In this document: piece by piece, positions 46,757-57,337 of the stretch
Layout: every line of letters starts with the position of its first letter
How positions within the stretch are numbered: position 1 is the stretch's first letter
DNA from: Clostridia bacterium
GTDB lineage: Bacteria > Bacillota > Clostridia > Christensenellales > CAG-138
Length of the DNA stretch: 64,000 nucleotides
Assembly: GCA_017416425.1 (NCBI GenBank)
Contig: JAFQCL010000036.1
Coordinates: 10,782-74,781, forward strand
Direction: 5' to 3'
Program-made: the position numbers and the translations under genes
The notes under the pieces: model-generated
The model's input: the letters and a program-made list of their open reading frames with translations, nothing else
What the model was told of the DNA's origin: nothing
Database searches by the model: none

Positions 46757-47689
46757 ATGTATCCATCACGCAGATTCAGACCGCAAAAAAACTATAAACG
46801 CATATTGTTTTTTACAATAACTTTATGCCTTTTTCTTTTACTTCCGACAATTGCTTCAGGAGGTAAAGCAAGTAAACCCGTATTGCTTGAGCTGCACAAC
46901 AAGGTGTCGGAAAGATTAAACTTTGTCATCGACATTGAGGAGGATGTGCCTCAAGACATACGAGATATGCTTGTCAGCCAAACAACCGATAAGTCGAGTC
47001 CTGCAAAAACAGGCAAGTTGGATTTGTCGGGCGATCAGCCGACTGTGCTCATATATCACACTCACGCTACCGAGGCCTATACGCCAACGGATCAATACAG
47101 CTATGTGTCAACCTCTGAATGGCGCACAGATAATGCCACAAGAAGTATCATAGCGGTTGGGGAGGAGCTTGCGCGCATACTCCGGGATGATTACGGTATA
47201 TCCGTAATACACGATACTACCGACTATGAACCGCCTAAGCTGTCTACAGCATATGAACGCTCTGAAACAGGTATGCTCTACTATAGGGAGCAATATCCCA
47301 GCATACAGCTATTTATAGATATCCATCGCGATGCGTACGAAACCGAAAGCGGGACTTCAGATTATGTACTAATAGACGGTGTACGCACCGCGCGAATGAT
47401 GTTTGTAGTCGGCACTGGCGAAAACTATGATGATAAGCCCAACTTTGATGCTACATTCTCACTGGCGGAAGACCTATCCAACAGACTTTCAGCTATAGAT
47501 GAACGCCTTGTGCGCAGTATCCGTGTAAAAACAGGACGCTATAATCAGCATATATCCGATGGATGCGTTCTGGTTGAGGTTGGGCACAATCGAAATACGC
47601 TGGAGGAAGCGCTCAATGCGGTGAGGCTTTTGGCACAGGTAATAGCCGAATCCGCAAACGTGCCAAGGACAGTATCCTTTATTCCTTAA
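46757..47689 (+). CDS. spoIIP: stage II sporulation protein P
   Basis: N-terminal TM segment. VLIYHTHATEAYTP and LFIDIHRDA are SpoIIP amidase-family motifs. SD AAAGGAG. Confidence 0.85.
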   Translation: MYPSRRFRPQKNYKRILFFTITLCLFLLLPTIASGGKASKPVLLELHNKVSERLNFVIDIEEDVPQDIRDMLVSQTTDKSSPAKTGKLDLSGDQPTVLIYHTHATEAYTPTDQYSYVSTSEWRTDNATRSIIAVGEELARILRDDYGISVIHDTTDYEPPKLSTAYERSETGMLYYREQYPSIQLFIDIHRDAYETESGTSDYVLIDGVRTARMMFVVGTGENYDDKPNFDATFSLAEDLSNRLSAIDERLVRSIRVKTGRYNQHISDGCVLVEVGHNRNTLEEALNAVRLLAQVIAESANVPRTVSFIP

Positions 47690-47693
47690 GTTC

Positions 47694-48914
47694 TTACCTT
47701 TTTAGCCCTGCAAAGCGCGTAATTATACCTAAAAGCACATTGCAGACCTTTTCCATAGACTGAATGGGAATGTATTCAAATCTGCCGTGAAAATTGAGCC
47801 CGCCTGTACAGATATTCGGGCAAGGCAAGCCCATATAGGAAAGCCTGGCTCCATCTGTGCCTCCTCTTACCGGCACTACGATTGGCTTAACACCCACCTC
47901 AAGCATGGCATCGCAGGCTATATCGATCAGAAACATATACGGCTCTATTTTTTCACGCATATTATAATATGAATCGGTTATAGTAAGCTTGAGCGTATCA
48001 TTTCCGTATCTTTTATTTATAAAATCTGCAGCAGCTATCATAAGCTGCTTTTTTTCCAGGAAAGCTTTCATATCATGATCTCTGATTATGTAAAAAAGCT
48101 TGGTAGTCTCAATATCACCTTGAATATCATTTAAGTGTATGAATCCTTCATAACCCTCGGTGTATTCCGGACGCTGAGCGGCGGGAAGCATGGCATTGAA
48201 TTCATTGGCTACATGTATCGAGTTTATCATGCGATTTTTAGCTGAGCCGGGATGGATACTACGCCCATGTACGGTCACCTTGGCGCTTGCCGCATTAAAG
48301 TTTTCAAATTCGATCTCACCTATCTCACCGCCATCGACAGTATATGCAAAATCCGCTCCAAATTCGGGAACATCAAAAAGATCAGCGCCTCTTCCTACCT
48401 CTTCATCAGGTGTAAAACCTATGCAGATAGCACCATGCGGTATGCTTGGATCATCCAAAATTCGCTTAATGACCGTCATTATCTCCGCAATGCCTGCCTT
48501 ATCATCGGCGCCGAGCAAAGTAGTTCCATCTGTCGTGATTATGTCCTGGCCTATGCAGTTTTTCAGGCTATCAAAATCTATAGGCGAAAGCACTGTACTT
48601 TCATTAAGCACAATATCGCCTCCCGTATAATTTTTGTGTATGATCGGCTTTATATTTGCTCCGGATGCATCGGGAGATGTATCCATATGAGCTATGAGTC
48701 CCAATGCGGGCGCTCCGTCCACGTTAGCCTCTATACGAGCGTATACATATCCGTTTTCAGTCATATAGGCATTTGATATGCCCATCTCATGCAGATCGCT
48801 AACGAGCAATTTCGCAAGTTCAAACTGACTTTTTGTACTTGGAATGGATTCCTGATCCTCAAGCGATGCGGTATCATAAGATACATACCTTAAAAAACGA
48901 TCAACAACTGTCAT
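47694..48914 (-). CDS. pepT: peptidase T (tripeptide aminopeptidase, M20B)
   Basis: N-terminus VVDRFLRYVSYDT. Metal ligands lie in HMDTSPD, GADDKAG, PDEEVG and the C-terminal H. Confidence 0.9.
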   Translation of the reverse strand: MTVVDRFLRYVSYDTASLEDQESIPSTKSQFELAKLLVSDLHEMGISNAYMTENGYVYARIEANVDGAPALGLIAHMDTSPDASGANIKPIIHKNYTGGDIVLNESTVLSPIDFDSLKNCIGQDIITTDGTTLLGADDKAGIAEIMTVIKRILDDPSIPHGAICIGFTPDEEVGRGADLFDVPEFGADFAYTVDGGEIGEIEFENFNAASAKVTVHGRSIHPGSAKNRMINSIHVANEFNAMLPAAQRPEYTEGYEGFIHLNDIQGDIETTKLFYIIRDHDMKAFLEKKQLMIAAADFINKRYGNDTLKLTITDSYYNMREKIEPYMFLIDIACDAMLEVGVKPIVVPVRGGTDGARLSYMGLPCPNICTGGLNFHGRFEYIPIQSMEKVCNVLLGIITRFAGLKR

Positions 48915-49023
48915 GTAATATTATCCTTTCGAAAGTTTTAATAATTATACCACTCTTTCTTAAGGTATGCAAACAAATTGCCGTATCTGAATATTACTTG
49001 GAAAAGTTACCCATAATACAGTT

Positions 49024-49836
49024 ATGAATAAATTACTTAAGGATCATTATGCTAAATCTCAAGCCGGAGGACGCAGCAAGCTAGGACGTATATTTGATTT
49101 TGTATTTTTCCGCTTGCTGCTTTTTGGCGTACTCTACCTGATATTTTCGGATATTACTTCAAGTCATATAAGCTTTTTTTCAGCGCTTGTGACTACGATT
49201 GCTATTATAATACTCTTTGAGTTATTCAGAAAATTCAGGTTTGAACGATTTGTAAAAAAATACAAAAAGCGGCTTTCAGAGCAGTATACACTTGAAAGGC
49301 TTGCACTTCTTGACCCAGCTTCGATAAAGTCGATCTGCCTTGGTTTATCTTGTAAGGGTACGGTTATTGTATTGCAAAAGATCAGTGAAATAACGCTAGA
49401 TGATCTAATTGCTGCGCTGCGTGGTATAAATGACAATATCGTTCATATCTACTCAATATCGGCCTATTCAGGCACTGCTCAGGAATTCATTAGATCCGCT
49501 ATACTAGATAAACAGCAGATAATATTGCATAATCCAAGCGAACTTATCACTGCCACAAAACAGGCTGGACAATATATAGGAACGCACGAAGCAGAAGCTA
49601 TGCTTCTTCAAAAACTTCAATATGATCAAGCACAGAAAAAGCCGGTGTTAAAGCGTTTTTTCACCTTAATACCGACGAATGTGAAGCGCTACGCGATCCT
49701 TGGCATAACGCTGTTTATTATGTCGTTCATAGTAAAGCATGGACTGTACTATCAGTTAATGTCGATGCTATGCTTCTCTCTCACCACGCTCAGCATATGG
49801 ACAAATGCGGCTAAAAAACAGCCCGATCAGCAATAA
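49024..49836 (+). CDS. hypothetical membrane protein
   Basis: 270 aa with two N-terminal and two C-terminal hydrophobic segments. No SD and no recognisable domain. Confidence 0.45.
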   Translation: MNKLLKDHYAKSQAGGRSKLGRIFDFVFFRLLLFGVLYLIFSDITSSHISFFSALVTTIAIIILFELFRKFRFERFVKKYKKRLSEQYTLERLALLDPASIKSICLGLSCKGTVIVLQKISEITLDDLIAALRGINDNIVHIYSISAYSGTAQEFIRSAILDKQQIILHNPSELITATKQAGQYIGTHEAEAMLLQKLQYDQAQKKPVLKRFFTLIPTNVKRYAILGITLFIMSFIVKHGLYYQLMSMLCFSLTTLSIWTNAAKKQPDQQ

Positions 49837-49839
49837 AAG

Positions 49840-50130
49840 CTATATCTCTATGCGCTTTTTTGTATGTGATTCGCGATAAAGCACAAACTTACGTCCTATG
49901 ACCTGTATCACTTCGGCATGGACACGCCCTGCAACCATATCAGCAATCTCAGCCGCGCTCTGTTCGCAGGTTTCAAGTACGTTTACCTTAATAAGCTCCC
50001 GCGCCTCAAGTGCAAGATCAAGCTCAGAGGTTATCATTGGCGAAAGGCCGTCTTTGCCTATTATGAATATCGGCTGCATGGTATTGGCCATGGAGCGAAG
50101 CTTTGCTCTTTGCTTTCCTGTAAGTTTCAT
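49840..50130 (-). CDS. yhbY: ribosome-assembly RNA-binding protein YhbY (CRM domain)
   Basis: GGAG lies 7 nt before ATG 50130. KLTGKQRAKLRSMANTMQPIFIIGKDGL is the CRS1/YhbY signature. Confidence 0.8.
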   Translation of the reverse strand: MKLTGKQRAKLRSMANTMQPIFIIGKDGLSPMITSELDLALEARELIKVNVLETCEQSAAEIADMVAGRVHAEVIQVIGRKFVLYRESHTKKRIEI

Positions 50131-50144
50131 ATTATACTCCATTC

Positions 50145-51413
<1,269 letters not shown>

Positions 51414-52067
51414 TCATTTCTCGCTTTCCTTTTCTTGATAGTATCTGCAAAAACAGCGTAGCGTACACTCAAAACAGCGCGGCTTTTTTGCAATGCATAC
51501 CCTTCTTCCGTGGAATATAAGCCAGTGATGCGCTATAGACCACTTATCCTTCGGTATGACCTCCATAAGCCTGCGCTCGATTTTTAAAACATCCTCACCA
51601 TCTGCAAGACCTATTCGAACGGATACCCTTGCAACATGAGTATCAACAGCCAGAGCGGGTATATTAAATGCATTTGATAGAACCACATTTGCAGTTTTTC
51701 TTCCCACGCCCGGCAGCTTAATAAGCTCCTCCATCGTTCTTGGAACCTCTCCACTATACTCATTGCATATTATGGTTGCAGTCTTTATTATATTTTTGAC
51801 CTTTGTATTATAAAAGCCGCACGATTTTACATAACTTGCAAGGGTTTCTTCGCTTAGTTTAGATATGGCTTCCGGCGTATTATGATCCGCAAACAGTACA
51901 GCAGTACATTTATTTACCTGCCTATCGGTACACTGCGCGCTTAGTATGGTCGCAACAAGCAATTCAAAGGGCGTGGAATAATGCAGCTCGGGCTTCGCAT
52001 CCGGATGTAGCTTATCAAGCTCGTCAAGGATAAAGGGTACGTTGTTATTGTTCATTTTCAACCTCAC
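51414..52067 (-). CDS. nth: endonuclease III
   Basis: HhH-GPD motif LPGVGRKTANVV and a C-terminal four-Cys [4Fe-4S] cluster loop. Confidence 0.9.
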   Translation of the reverse strand: MRLKMNNNNVPFILDELDKLHPDAKPELHYSTPFELLVATILSAQCTDRQVNKCTAVLFADHNTPEAISKLSEETLASYVKSCGFYNTKVKNIIKTATIICNEYSGEVPRTMEELIKLPGVGRKTANVVLSNAFNIPALAVDTHVARVSVRIGLADGEDVLKIERRLMEVIPKDKWSIAHHWLIFHGRRVCIAKKPRCFECTLRCFCRYYQEKESEK

Positions 52068-52080
52068 CTGTGATTTCCTG

Positions 52081-52776
52081 TTACATTTCCGCTATGAATC
52101 TAGGGCAAAAATTCAAATGATCGCTAGAACAAAGATGATACTCGATACCATTTCTTATACCGTCTATACCCACCTCACGCGATCTTCCATGTAAGTGCCC
52201 ATACACTACTTTTTCAACGCCAAATTCCTCCATAAGTATTGAAAAAACAGTATCGCGCTTATTTTCCGCAAGAGGCGGATAATGCATCATGCATATTATT
52301 CGCTTGGATTTATCGGCATGCTCAAGTGAAAGCCTTAGGCGCTGACCTTCCCTTTTATAAAGGTGAGCATCATTTGTTTCCGAATAACCCGCAGCGCCCG
52401 GACATAACCATCCCCTTGATCCGCAGAAGCAAAAATCTCCAAGCGAAATGGAGTCGTTTTGGATCGCATACATACCATCAGGCAACAAAGCTCTGACCCT
52501 TCCGATAGCAGACCACCAAAAGTCATGATTGCCCCTCAAAAGTATCTTACGCCCCTTTAATCGCCCGATGGTATTCAGATCAAAAACAGCATCGTTAAGC
52601 GTCATAGCCCAGCTTATATCACCTGGAATGAGAACAATATCTTCGTCTCCAATATGTTTTTGCCAGTTATCTAAAATCCGTTCAAAGTGGTTTATCCAAT
52701 TTGAACCGAATATCTCCATCGATTTGTCATCATCCCCTCCGGGAAGGTGCAAATCACCTATGGCAAAAACTTTCAT
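52081..52776 (-). CDS. metallophosphoesterase-family protein
   Basis: GDLH, GDISW, GNHD and GHLH fit the calcineurin-like phosphoesterase pattern. Confidence 0.8.
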   Translation of the reverse strand: MKVFAIGDLHLPGGDDDKSMEIFGSNWINHFERILDNWQKHIGDEDIVLIPGDISWAMTLNDAVFDLNTIGRLKGRKILLRGNHDFWWSAIGRVRALLPDGMYAIQNDSISLGDFCFCGSRGWLCPGAAGYSETNDAHLYKREGQRLRLSLEHADKSKRIICMMHYPPLAENKRDTVFSILMEEFGVEKVVYGHLHGRSREVGIDGIRNGIEYHLCSSDHLNFCPRFIAEM

Positions 52777-53159
52777 TCATCCTCCGAATCCATTTCATCA
52801 TCTTCATCCTCAGGCTCTTCTTCGTATGCAGCTCCTTCTTTATCGGTTTTAGGATGCATAACAGTTACTTCTATTTCAAGCTCATCAAGATCGCCTTCAA
52901 CATCGATATCAATTGCATCAATACTATGTATTGTATCGCCTATATCATTACGAGCAAGCAAGCGTTTCTTTTCCGCAAGACACTCTTTACAAAGTTCGCC
53001 ACCGGGAATATGAGGTCTTTCACCGCATTCAATACACATTACAGCATCTATGCCCTCATCTTCAACGGCAGCCTTTACAGAACGGCTACATACCTTACAC
53101 AATTTTTCGTCTTCACGAATGTAGTTTAGATCGCATTTCGGACATCTTCTAAAGCCCAT
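52773..53159 (-). CDS. double zinc-ribbon protein with strongly acidic tail
   Basis: GGAGG lies 7 nt before ATG 53159. CPKCD...CKVC and CIECG...CKEC are followed by a D/E-rich C-terminus. ATGA overlap with the phosphoesterase gene. Confidence 0.5.
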   Translation of the reverse strand: MGFRRCPKCDLNYIREDEKLCKVCSRSVKAAVEDEGIDAVMCIECGERPHIPGGELCKECLAEKKRLLARNDIGDTIHSIDAIDIDVEGDLDELEIEVTVMHPKTDKEGAAYEEEPEDEDDEMDSEDE

Positions 53160-53250
53160 GCGCCTACCTCCAACATTGATTAATTTTGTCATTACATTAT
53201 GCAAAAACACAGTGCATATGTCAATATCATTTTGTACTGATTTTCAAATT

Positions 53251-53853
53251 TTAATTTGCAGAACAACTATCGGTGATAATAGCCCCAAGCATATTAAGTA
53301 TTTCCTGCCTGCCCTGCCCTGATTCAGATGAAAACGGAACCGCATAAGGAGGAGCGCCTAAAGCCTTTGCCACTTGATTAGCAGCCTGCTTGCGCCTTGA
53401 AACAGCAAGCTTATCGGCTTTTGTGGCCACAAGGGTAAAGGGTATTCCATAATAGAGTATCCAATTGAACATCTGTCTGTCTTCAGCTGTGGGGTCATGC
53501 CTTATGTCGATCAGCATAAAAATGTGTGTGACTCTACCGGACGATAAATACCTGTCAATAAGCTCACCCCATTTTTGCTGTTCGATCTTAGGAGCTTTCG
53601 CAAAGCCATATCCGGGCAGATCTACAAGATGGTGGCTTGTATTTATGTTGAAAAAGTTAATAAGCCTTGTCTTACCCGGATGCTGTGATGTTTTGGCAAG
53701 TTTATAATTATTGCAAATCGAATTGATAAGGCTTGATTTGCCAACGTTTGATTTACCTACCATAGCAACTTCAACGCCAGTCTTTTCGGGGTATACGCCG
53801 CCAAGACCCACGCTTGTTATAAATTTAGGATTTTTAATTATAAAATCTTGCAT
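53251..53853 (-). CDS. engB: ribosome-biogenesis GTPase YsxC/EngB
   Basis: G1 is GKSNVGKSSLIN, G3 is DLPGYG, G4 is TKADK. Confidence 0.9.
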   Translation of the reverse strand: MQDFIIKNPKFITSVGLGGVYPEKTGVEVAMVGKSNVGKSSLINSICNNYKLAKTSQHPGKTRLINFFNINTSHHLVDLPGYGFAKAPKIEQQKWGELIDRYLSSGRVTHIFMLIDIRHDPTAEDRQMFNWILYYGIPFTLVATKADKLAVSRRKQAANQVAKALGAPPYAVPFSSESGQGRQEILNMLGAIITDSCSAN

Positions 53854-54310
53854 CGTTGCTCCTTTTATCCAGGAAAAAACGTTTTAAAAGCAATGCACAT
53901 TCCTTTTCCATCACACCGCCTATGGTTACAATACTATGATTAAACCATGAATCACCAAGGTCGATCCTTGAACCCGCGCATCCAAGACGCTCATCATAAG
54001 CTCCGAACACGAGCCCTTTCAGCTTTGAATTCACACATGCGCCTATACACATAACACATGGTTCAAGAGTAGAATAGAGCGTACAATCACTAAGCCTCCA
54101 ATCGTTTATAAACTTTGAAGCCTTTCTTATTGCAAGTATCTCAGCGTGCGCCGTTGCGTCGTGCTTTTTCTCCATAAGATTGTGTGCGGTAGCTATCACT
54201 TCTCCATTTCGCACGATGATCGCGCCTACCGGAACTTCGCCATTCCTATACGCCGCCTTTGCCTGCGCAAGCGCAAGCTTCATGTATTTTTCATGTTCGC
54301 TTAAGAGCAT
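53834..54310 (-). CDS. tadA: tRNA adenosine(34) deaminase
   Basis: CDA zinc motifs HAEILA and PCVMCIGA. Confidence 0.9.
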   Translation of the reverse strand: MLLSEHEKYMKLALAQAKAAYRNGEVPVGAIIVRNGEVIATAHNLMEKKHDATAHAEILAIRKASKFINDWRLSDCTLYSTLEPCVMCIGACVNSKLKGLVFGAYDERLGCAGSRIDLGDSWFNHSIVTIGGVMEKECALLLKRFFLDKRSNDARFYN

Positions 54311-55671
54311 TGAAATATCGCCTCACGAATGATCTCACACACGGTCGGATGCGGGAAAACTACTTTTTTCGCCTGCTCGATGGTCATGTCCATGGTTATC
54401 ATTATACCGGCAGCTACTATGAACTCTGAAGCATAATTGCAAAGGGCATGAGCGCCGATTATTCTTCCGGTGGCACACTCAACAATCAGCTTGAATATTC
54501 CGTCACCGCCTTCATTTTCAGCAAGGTAGCGTCCCGAGTAGCGCATGGGTATCTTTATAGCCTTTATAGCCATGCCTGCCTTTTCGGCTTCCGCTTCGGT
54601 ATAGCCGATGCTTCCAAGCTCGGGATTCGTATAGATAGCTGCAGGTATAGCATCATAGCGTACGCTATCCTCTATACCGAGCATGTTGTTTACAGCCACT
54701 TCCGCCTCTCTATACGCTGTATGCGCAAGCATGGATCTGCCGTTTACATCTCCGGCAGCATATACATTAGCAACATTCGTCCTCATCGTTAGATCAGTTA
54801 CGATCGCACCTCTATATAATTCAACACCTATAGTTTCAAGACCTATATCGGATGTATTCGGCCTTCTGCCTATCGATAACAGGACCTTTTCACAGCAGAT
54901 GCTTTCGGTTTCGCCGTTAAGCTCATAGGTCACAGAACCAGCTCCTATCTCTGTAACCTTTGCTCCAAGCTTAAATATTATACCTTTCCGCTCATAGTTC
55001 TTCTTTAAAAGCTCAGTAAGCTCGCGGTCATTTTCCCCGGCAATGTGATCCAGCATTTCAACCACTGTCACCTTTGTTCCCACAGAGTTAAAATAGGATG
55101 CCATCTCAAGACCTATCACGCCGCCGCCTATCACAACAAGGCTTTCAGGTATAACGGTAAGATTTAATATTTCACGATTAGTGAGCACAAATCCATTTTC
55201 ATATTCTTCATAAAGTCCCGGTATTTTAGGCATAGCCGGAGATGAGCCTGTAGCAATAAGCAGTTTTTCAGCCGTGTACTCGGAATCATTCACACAAACA
55301 ATAAACCTTCCCTCTGCATTTTTGCCGCAAATAACAGCCGTTCCCATTACAAGCTCCGCTCCGTTTGCCTTGAGCGTACTCTTTATTCCGTTTGTAAGCA
55401 GCTTTATAACCTTTTCCTTGCGCTTAATCACAGCGCCATGGTCAAAATCTGCTTCGCTTACTGTTACTCCATATTTTTTGCTGCCTACCGCGCCATCATA
55501 GAGCTTTGCACTATAAAGCAGAGTTTTTGTAGGTACGCAGCCCTCATTTAAGCATACACCGCCAACGTTTTCACGCTCGATCACCAATGTCTTTATACCT
55601 GCATGCGATGCACGCTCAGCAGCAAGATATCCCGCAGGACCGCCGCCTATTATAACTAAACCGTAATCCAT
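54301..55671 (-). CDS. lpdA: dihydrolipoyl dehydrogenase-type flavoprotein disulfide reductase
   Basis: FAD motif GGGPAGY, redox-active CLNEGCVPTK, NAD motif GGGVIGLE and a C-terminal dimerisation HPT motif. Confidence 0.8.
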   Translation of the reverse strand: MDYGLVIIGGGPAGYLAAERASHAGIKTLVIERENVGGVCLNEGCVPTKTLLYSAKLYDGAVGSKKYGVTVSEADFDHGAVIKRKEKVIKLLTNGIKSTLKANGAELVMGTAVICGKNAEGRFIVCVNDSEYTAEKLLIATGSSPAMPKIPGLYEEYENGFVLTNREILNLTVIPESLVVIGGGVIGLEMASYFNSVGTKVTVVEMLDHIAGENDRELTELLKKNYERKGIIFKLGAKVTEIGAGSVTYELNGETESICCEKVLLSIGRRPNTSDIGLETIGVELYRGAIVTDLTMRTNVANVYAAGDVNGRSMLAHTAYREAEVAVNNMLGIEDSVRYDAIPAAIYTNPELGSIGYTEAEAEKAGMAIKAIKIPMRYSGRYLAENEGGDGIFKLIVECATGRIIGAHALCNYASEFIVAAGIMITMDMTIEQAKKVVFPHPTVCEIIREAIFQCS

Positions 55672-55703
55672 ATTCTTCTCCTTATGATGTTATCTTTGTG
55701 CTA

Positions 55704-55732
55704 ATGATAGCAAGTTATTACAGATACTGCAA
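55704..55732 (-). promoter_or_regulatory. candidate sigma-A promoter for lpd-tadA-engB
   Basis: TTGCAG (55732..55727), a 17-nt spacer, then TATCAT (55709..55704). It lies about 30 nt upstream of SD AAGGAGA. Confidence 0.4.
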
Positions 55733-55817
55733 TATTTAAAATAACCATAGCAAGCCCATTCCATAAAAGGCAGTGCTTAAGCTGATATGGCTTTACACGA
55801 CCAATAAACCTTATAAC

Positions 55818-57230
55818 TTATACATTTATGCTGACACCTTCATCGGAATACTCTCCTACATCTATCGCTTCTATAAATTCAGCGACCTGCTCTGGACAGC
55901 GGCCTATAAAATCGCTCGGATTCATAACGGCCATTATCTCTTCGCGGTTGAGAGGGAAGCTTTCATCCTCGCTAAGCCTATCTAAAAGATCACAGCCCTC
56001 GCCGTCCTTCATACGCGCTGTAGCCGCCATTGAGTGCGTTCTGATTATCTCGTGGAGCTCCTGCCTGTCGCCACCCTTTTTCACGGCGCTCATAAGAAGA
56101 TTCTCTGTCGCTATAAAGGGCAGATACTCAAATACGGTACGTTCGACCACTTTAGCATTTACATGTATGCCGCTTGTGACATTTCGCATAAGCCTCAGCA
56201 CCGCATCGGTGGCAAGGAATCCTTCGGGAAGAGATATGCGCCTGTTTGCCGAATCATCAAGCGTCCTTTCAAACCACTGCGTTGAAGCCGTCATAGGTGC
56301 GTTAAGCGCATTTGCCATCACATAGCGTGAAATGGAGCATATACGTTCGCAGCGCATGGGGTTTCGCTTATAAGCCATTGCCGATGATCCTATTTGGTTC
56401 TTCTCAAAGGGTTCTTCGACCTGTCTTAGGTGCTGCAAAAGTCTCATATCATTCGCAAATCTATACGCACTCTGTGCTATTGCGCTAAGCACATTTAATA
56501 TCCTGCTGTCATATTTTCTTGGATAGGTCTGGCCTGCCACCGGAAACATCGTATTAAAGCCAAATTCTTCCCCTATAAACTTGCTTAGCTGCTTCACTTT
56601 CTCATGATCTCCATCAAAAAGGCTCAAAAAGCTCGCATCCGTTCCCGTAGTGCCGCGGCAGCCATGAAAATGAAGATTTTCGATCACAAAATCCAGCTCC
56701 GATAGGTCAAGTAAAAGATCCTGTATCCAAAGACAAGCGCGTTTTCCTACCGTAACAAGCTGCGCCGGCTGAAAATGCGTATATCCAAGCGTTGGCATAC
56801 TGCGATATTCCATTGCAAAGTCACAAAGTGACTTTATAACGGCCGCCAGCTCGCGTCTTATATACTTAAGCGCATCCCTATATATGATAAGATCGGCGTT
56901 ATCGGTAACATAGCAGCTCGTGGCTCCAAGATGGATTATTCCTTTTGAGGTTTCACAGCTTTCTCCATATACATGAATATGCGCCATCACATCATGGCGA
57001 AACTGCTTTTCTTTTTCAGCTACTTTTGCGTAATCTATCTCGTCATTTACATGTGCGCTTAATTCCTCCACCTGCTCAGCGGTAATTGGAAGGCCAAGTT
57101 TATGCTCAGCCCTTGCGAGTGCTACCCAAAGCTTTCTCCAGGTTCTATATCGGGTATCCGGAGAAAAGAGCCCAAGCATATAGTCCGATGCATAGCGCGA
57201 TGATAAGGGGGATTCATAACGATCCTTCAT
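55818..57230 (-). CDS. purB: adenylosuccinate lyase
   Basis: Fumarate-lyase signature GSSAMAYKRNP. The N-terminus MKDRYESPL is family-typical. An in-frame TAA two codons upstream fixes the start. Confidence 0.95.
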   Translation of the reverse strand: MKDRYESPLSSRYASDYMLGLFSPDTRYRTWRKLWVALARAEHKLGLPITAEQVEELSAHVNDEIDYAKVAEKEKQFRHDVMAHIHVYGESCETSKGIIHLGATSCYVTDNADLIIYRDALKYIRRELAAVIKSLCDFAMEYRSMPTLGYTHFQPAQLVTVGKRACLWIQDLLLDLSELDFVIENLHFHGCRGTTGTDASFLSLFDGDHEKVKQLSKFIGEEFGFNTMFPVAGQTYPRKYDSRILNVLSAIAQSAYRFANDMRLLQHLRQVEEPFEKNQIGSSAMAYKRNPMRCERICSISRYVMANALNAPMTASTQWFERTLDDSANRRISLPEGFLATDAVLRLMRNVTSGIHVNAKVVERTVFEYLPFIATENLLMSAVKKGGDRQELHEIIRTHSMAATARMKDGEGCDLLDRLSEDESFPLNREEIMAVMNPSDFIGRCPEQVAEFIEAIDVGEYSDEGVSINV

Positions 57231-57236
57231 AAATTA

Positions 57237-57314
57237 TGATCATAACTTTCGCATAGCGAAAGTCTCCTTTCTTGTGGAATTAGAAATGGTTTTATGCTAC
57301 GAAAGTCACAAAAC
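57237..57314 (-). promoter_or_regulatory. structured leader module, copy 2 (purA-purB spacer)
   Basis: The minus strand reads hairpin GUUUUGUG...CAUAAAAC (57289..57314), then CCACAAGAAAGGAGAC, then the 8-bp hairpin ACUUUCGC-UAU-GCGAAAGU (57245..57263), then U-AUG. It is 38/41 identical to copy 1, and 2 of the 3 differences form a compensatory C-G versus U-A pair. Confidence 0.5.
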
Positions 57315-57337
57315 GCAGAAAATTTATTTTTAAACTT

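Noticed and set aside
48926-48935. Third copy of the leader module at the pepT start (ACTTTCGAAAGGA)
   Set aside because: It shares only the ACTTTCG word and a 10-bp palindrome CTTTCGAAAG overlapping the SD. The 41-nt core and the upstream hairpin are absent, so it is probably a coincidence.
55672-57337. Purine, ZTP or PRPP riboswitch around purA/purB
   Set aside because: None of the conserved cores is present. The purine three-way-junction motifs, the ZTP CCGCCUGGGC-type 3' element and the ykkC GGGA/ACACGG blocks are all missing. The structured element that is present is reported separately as unclassified.
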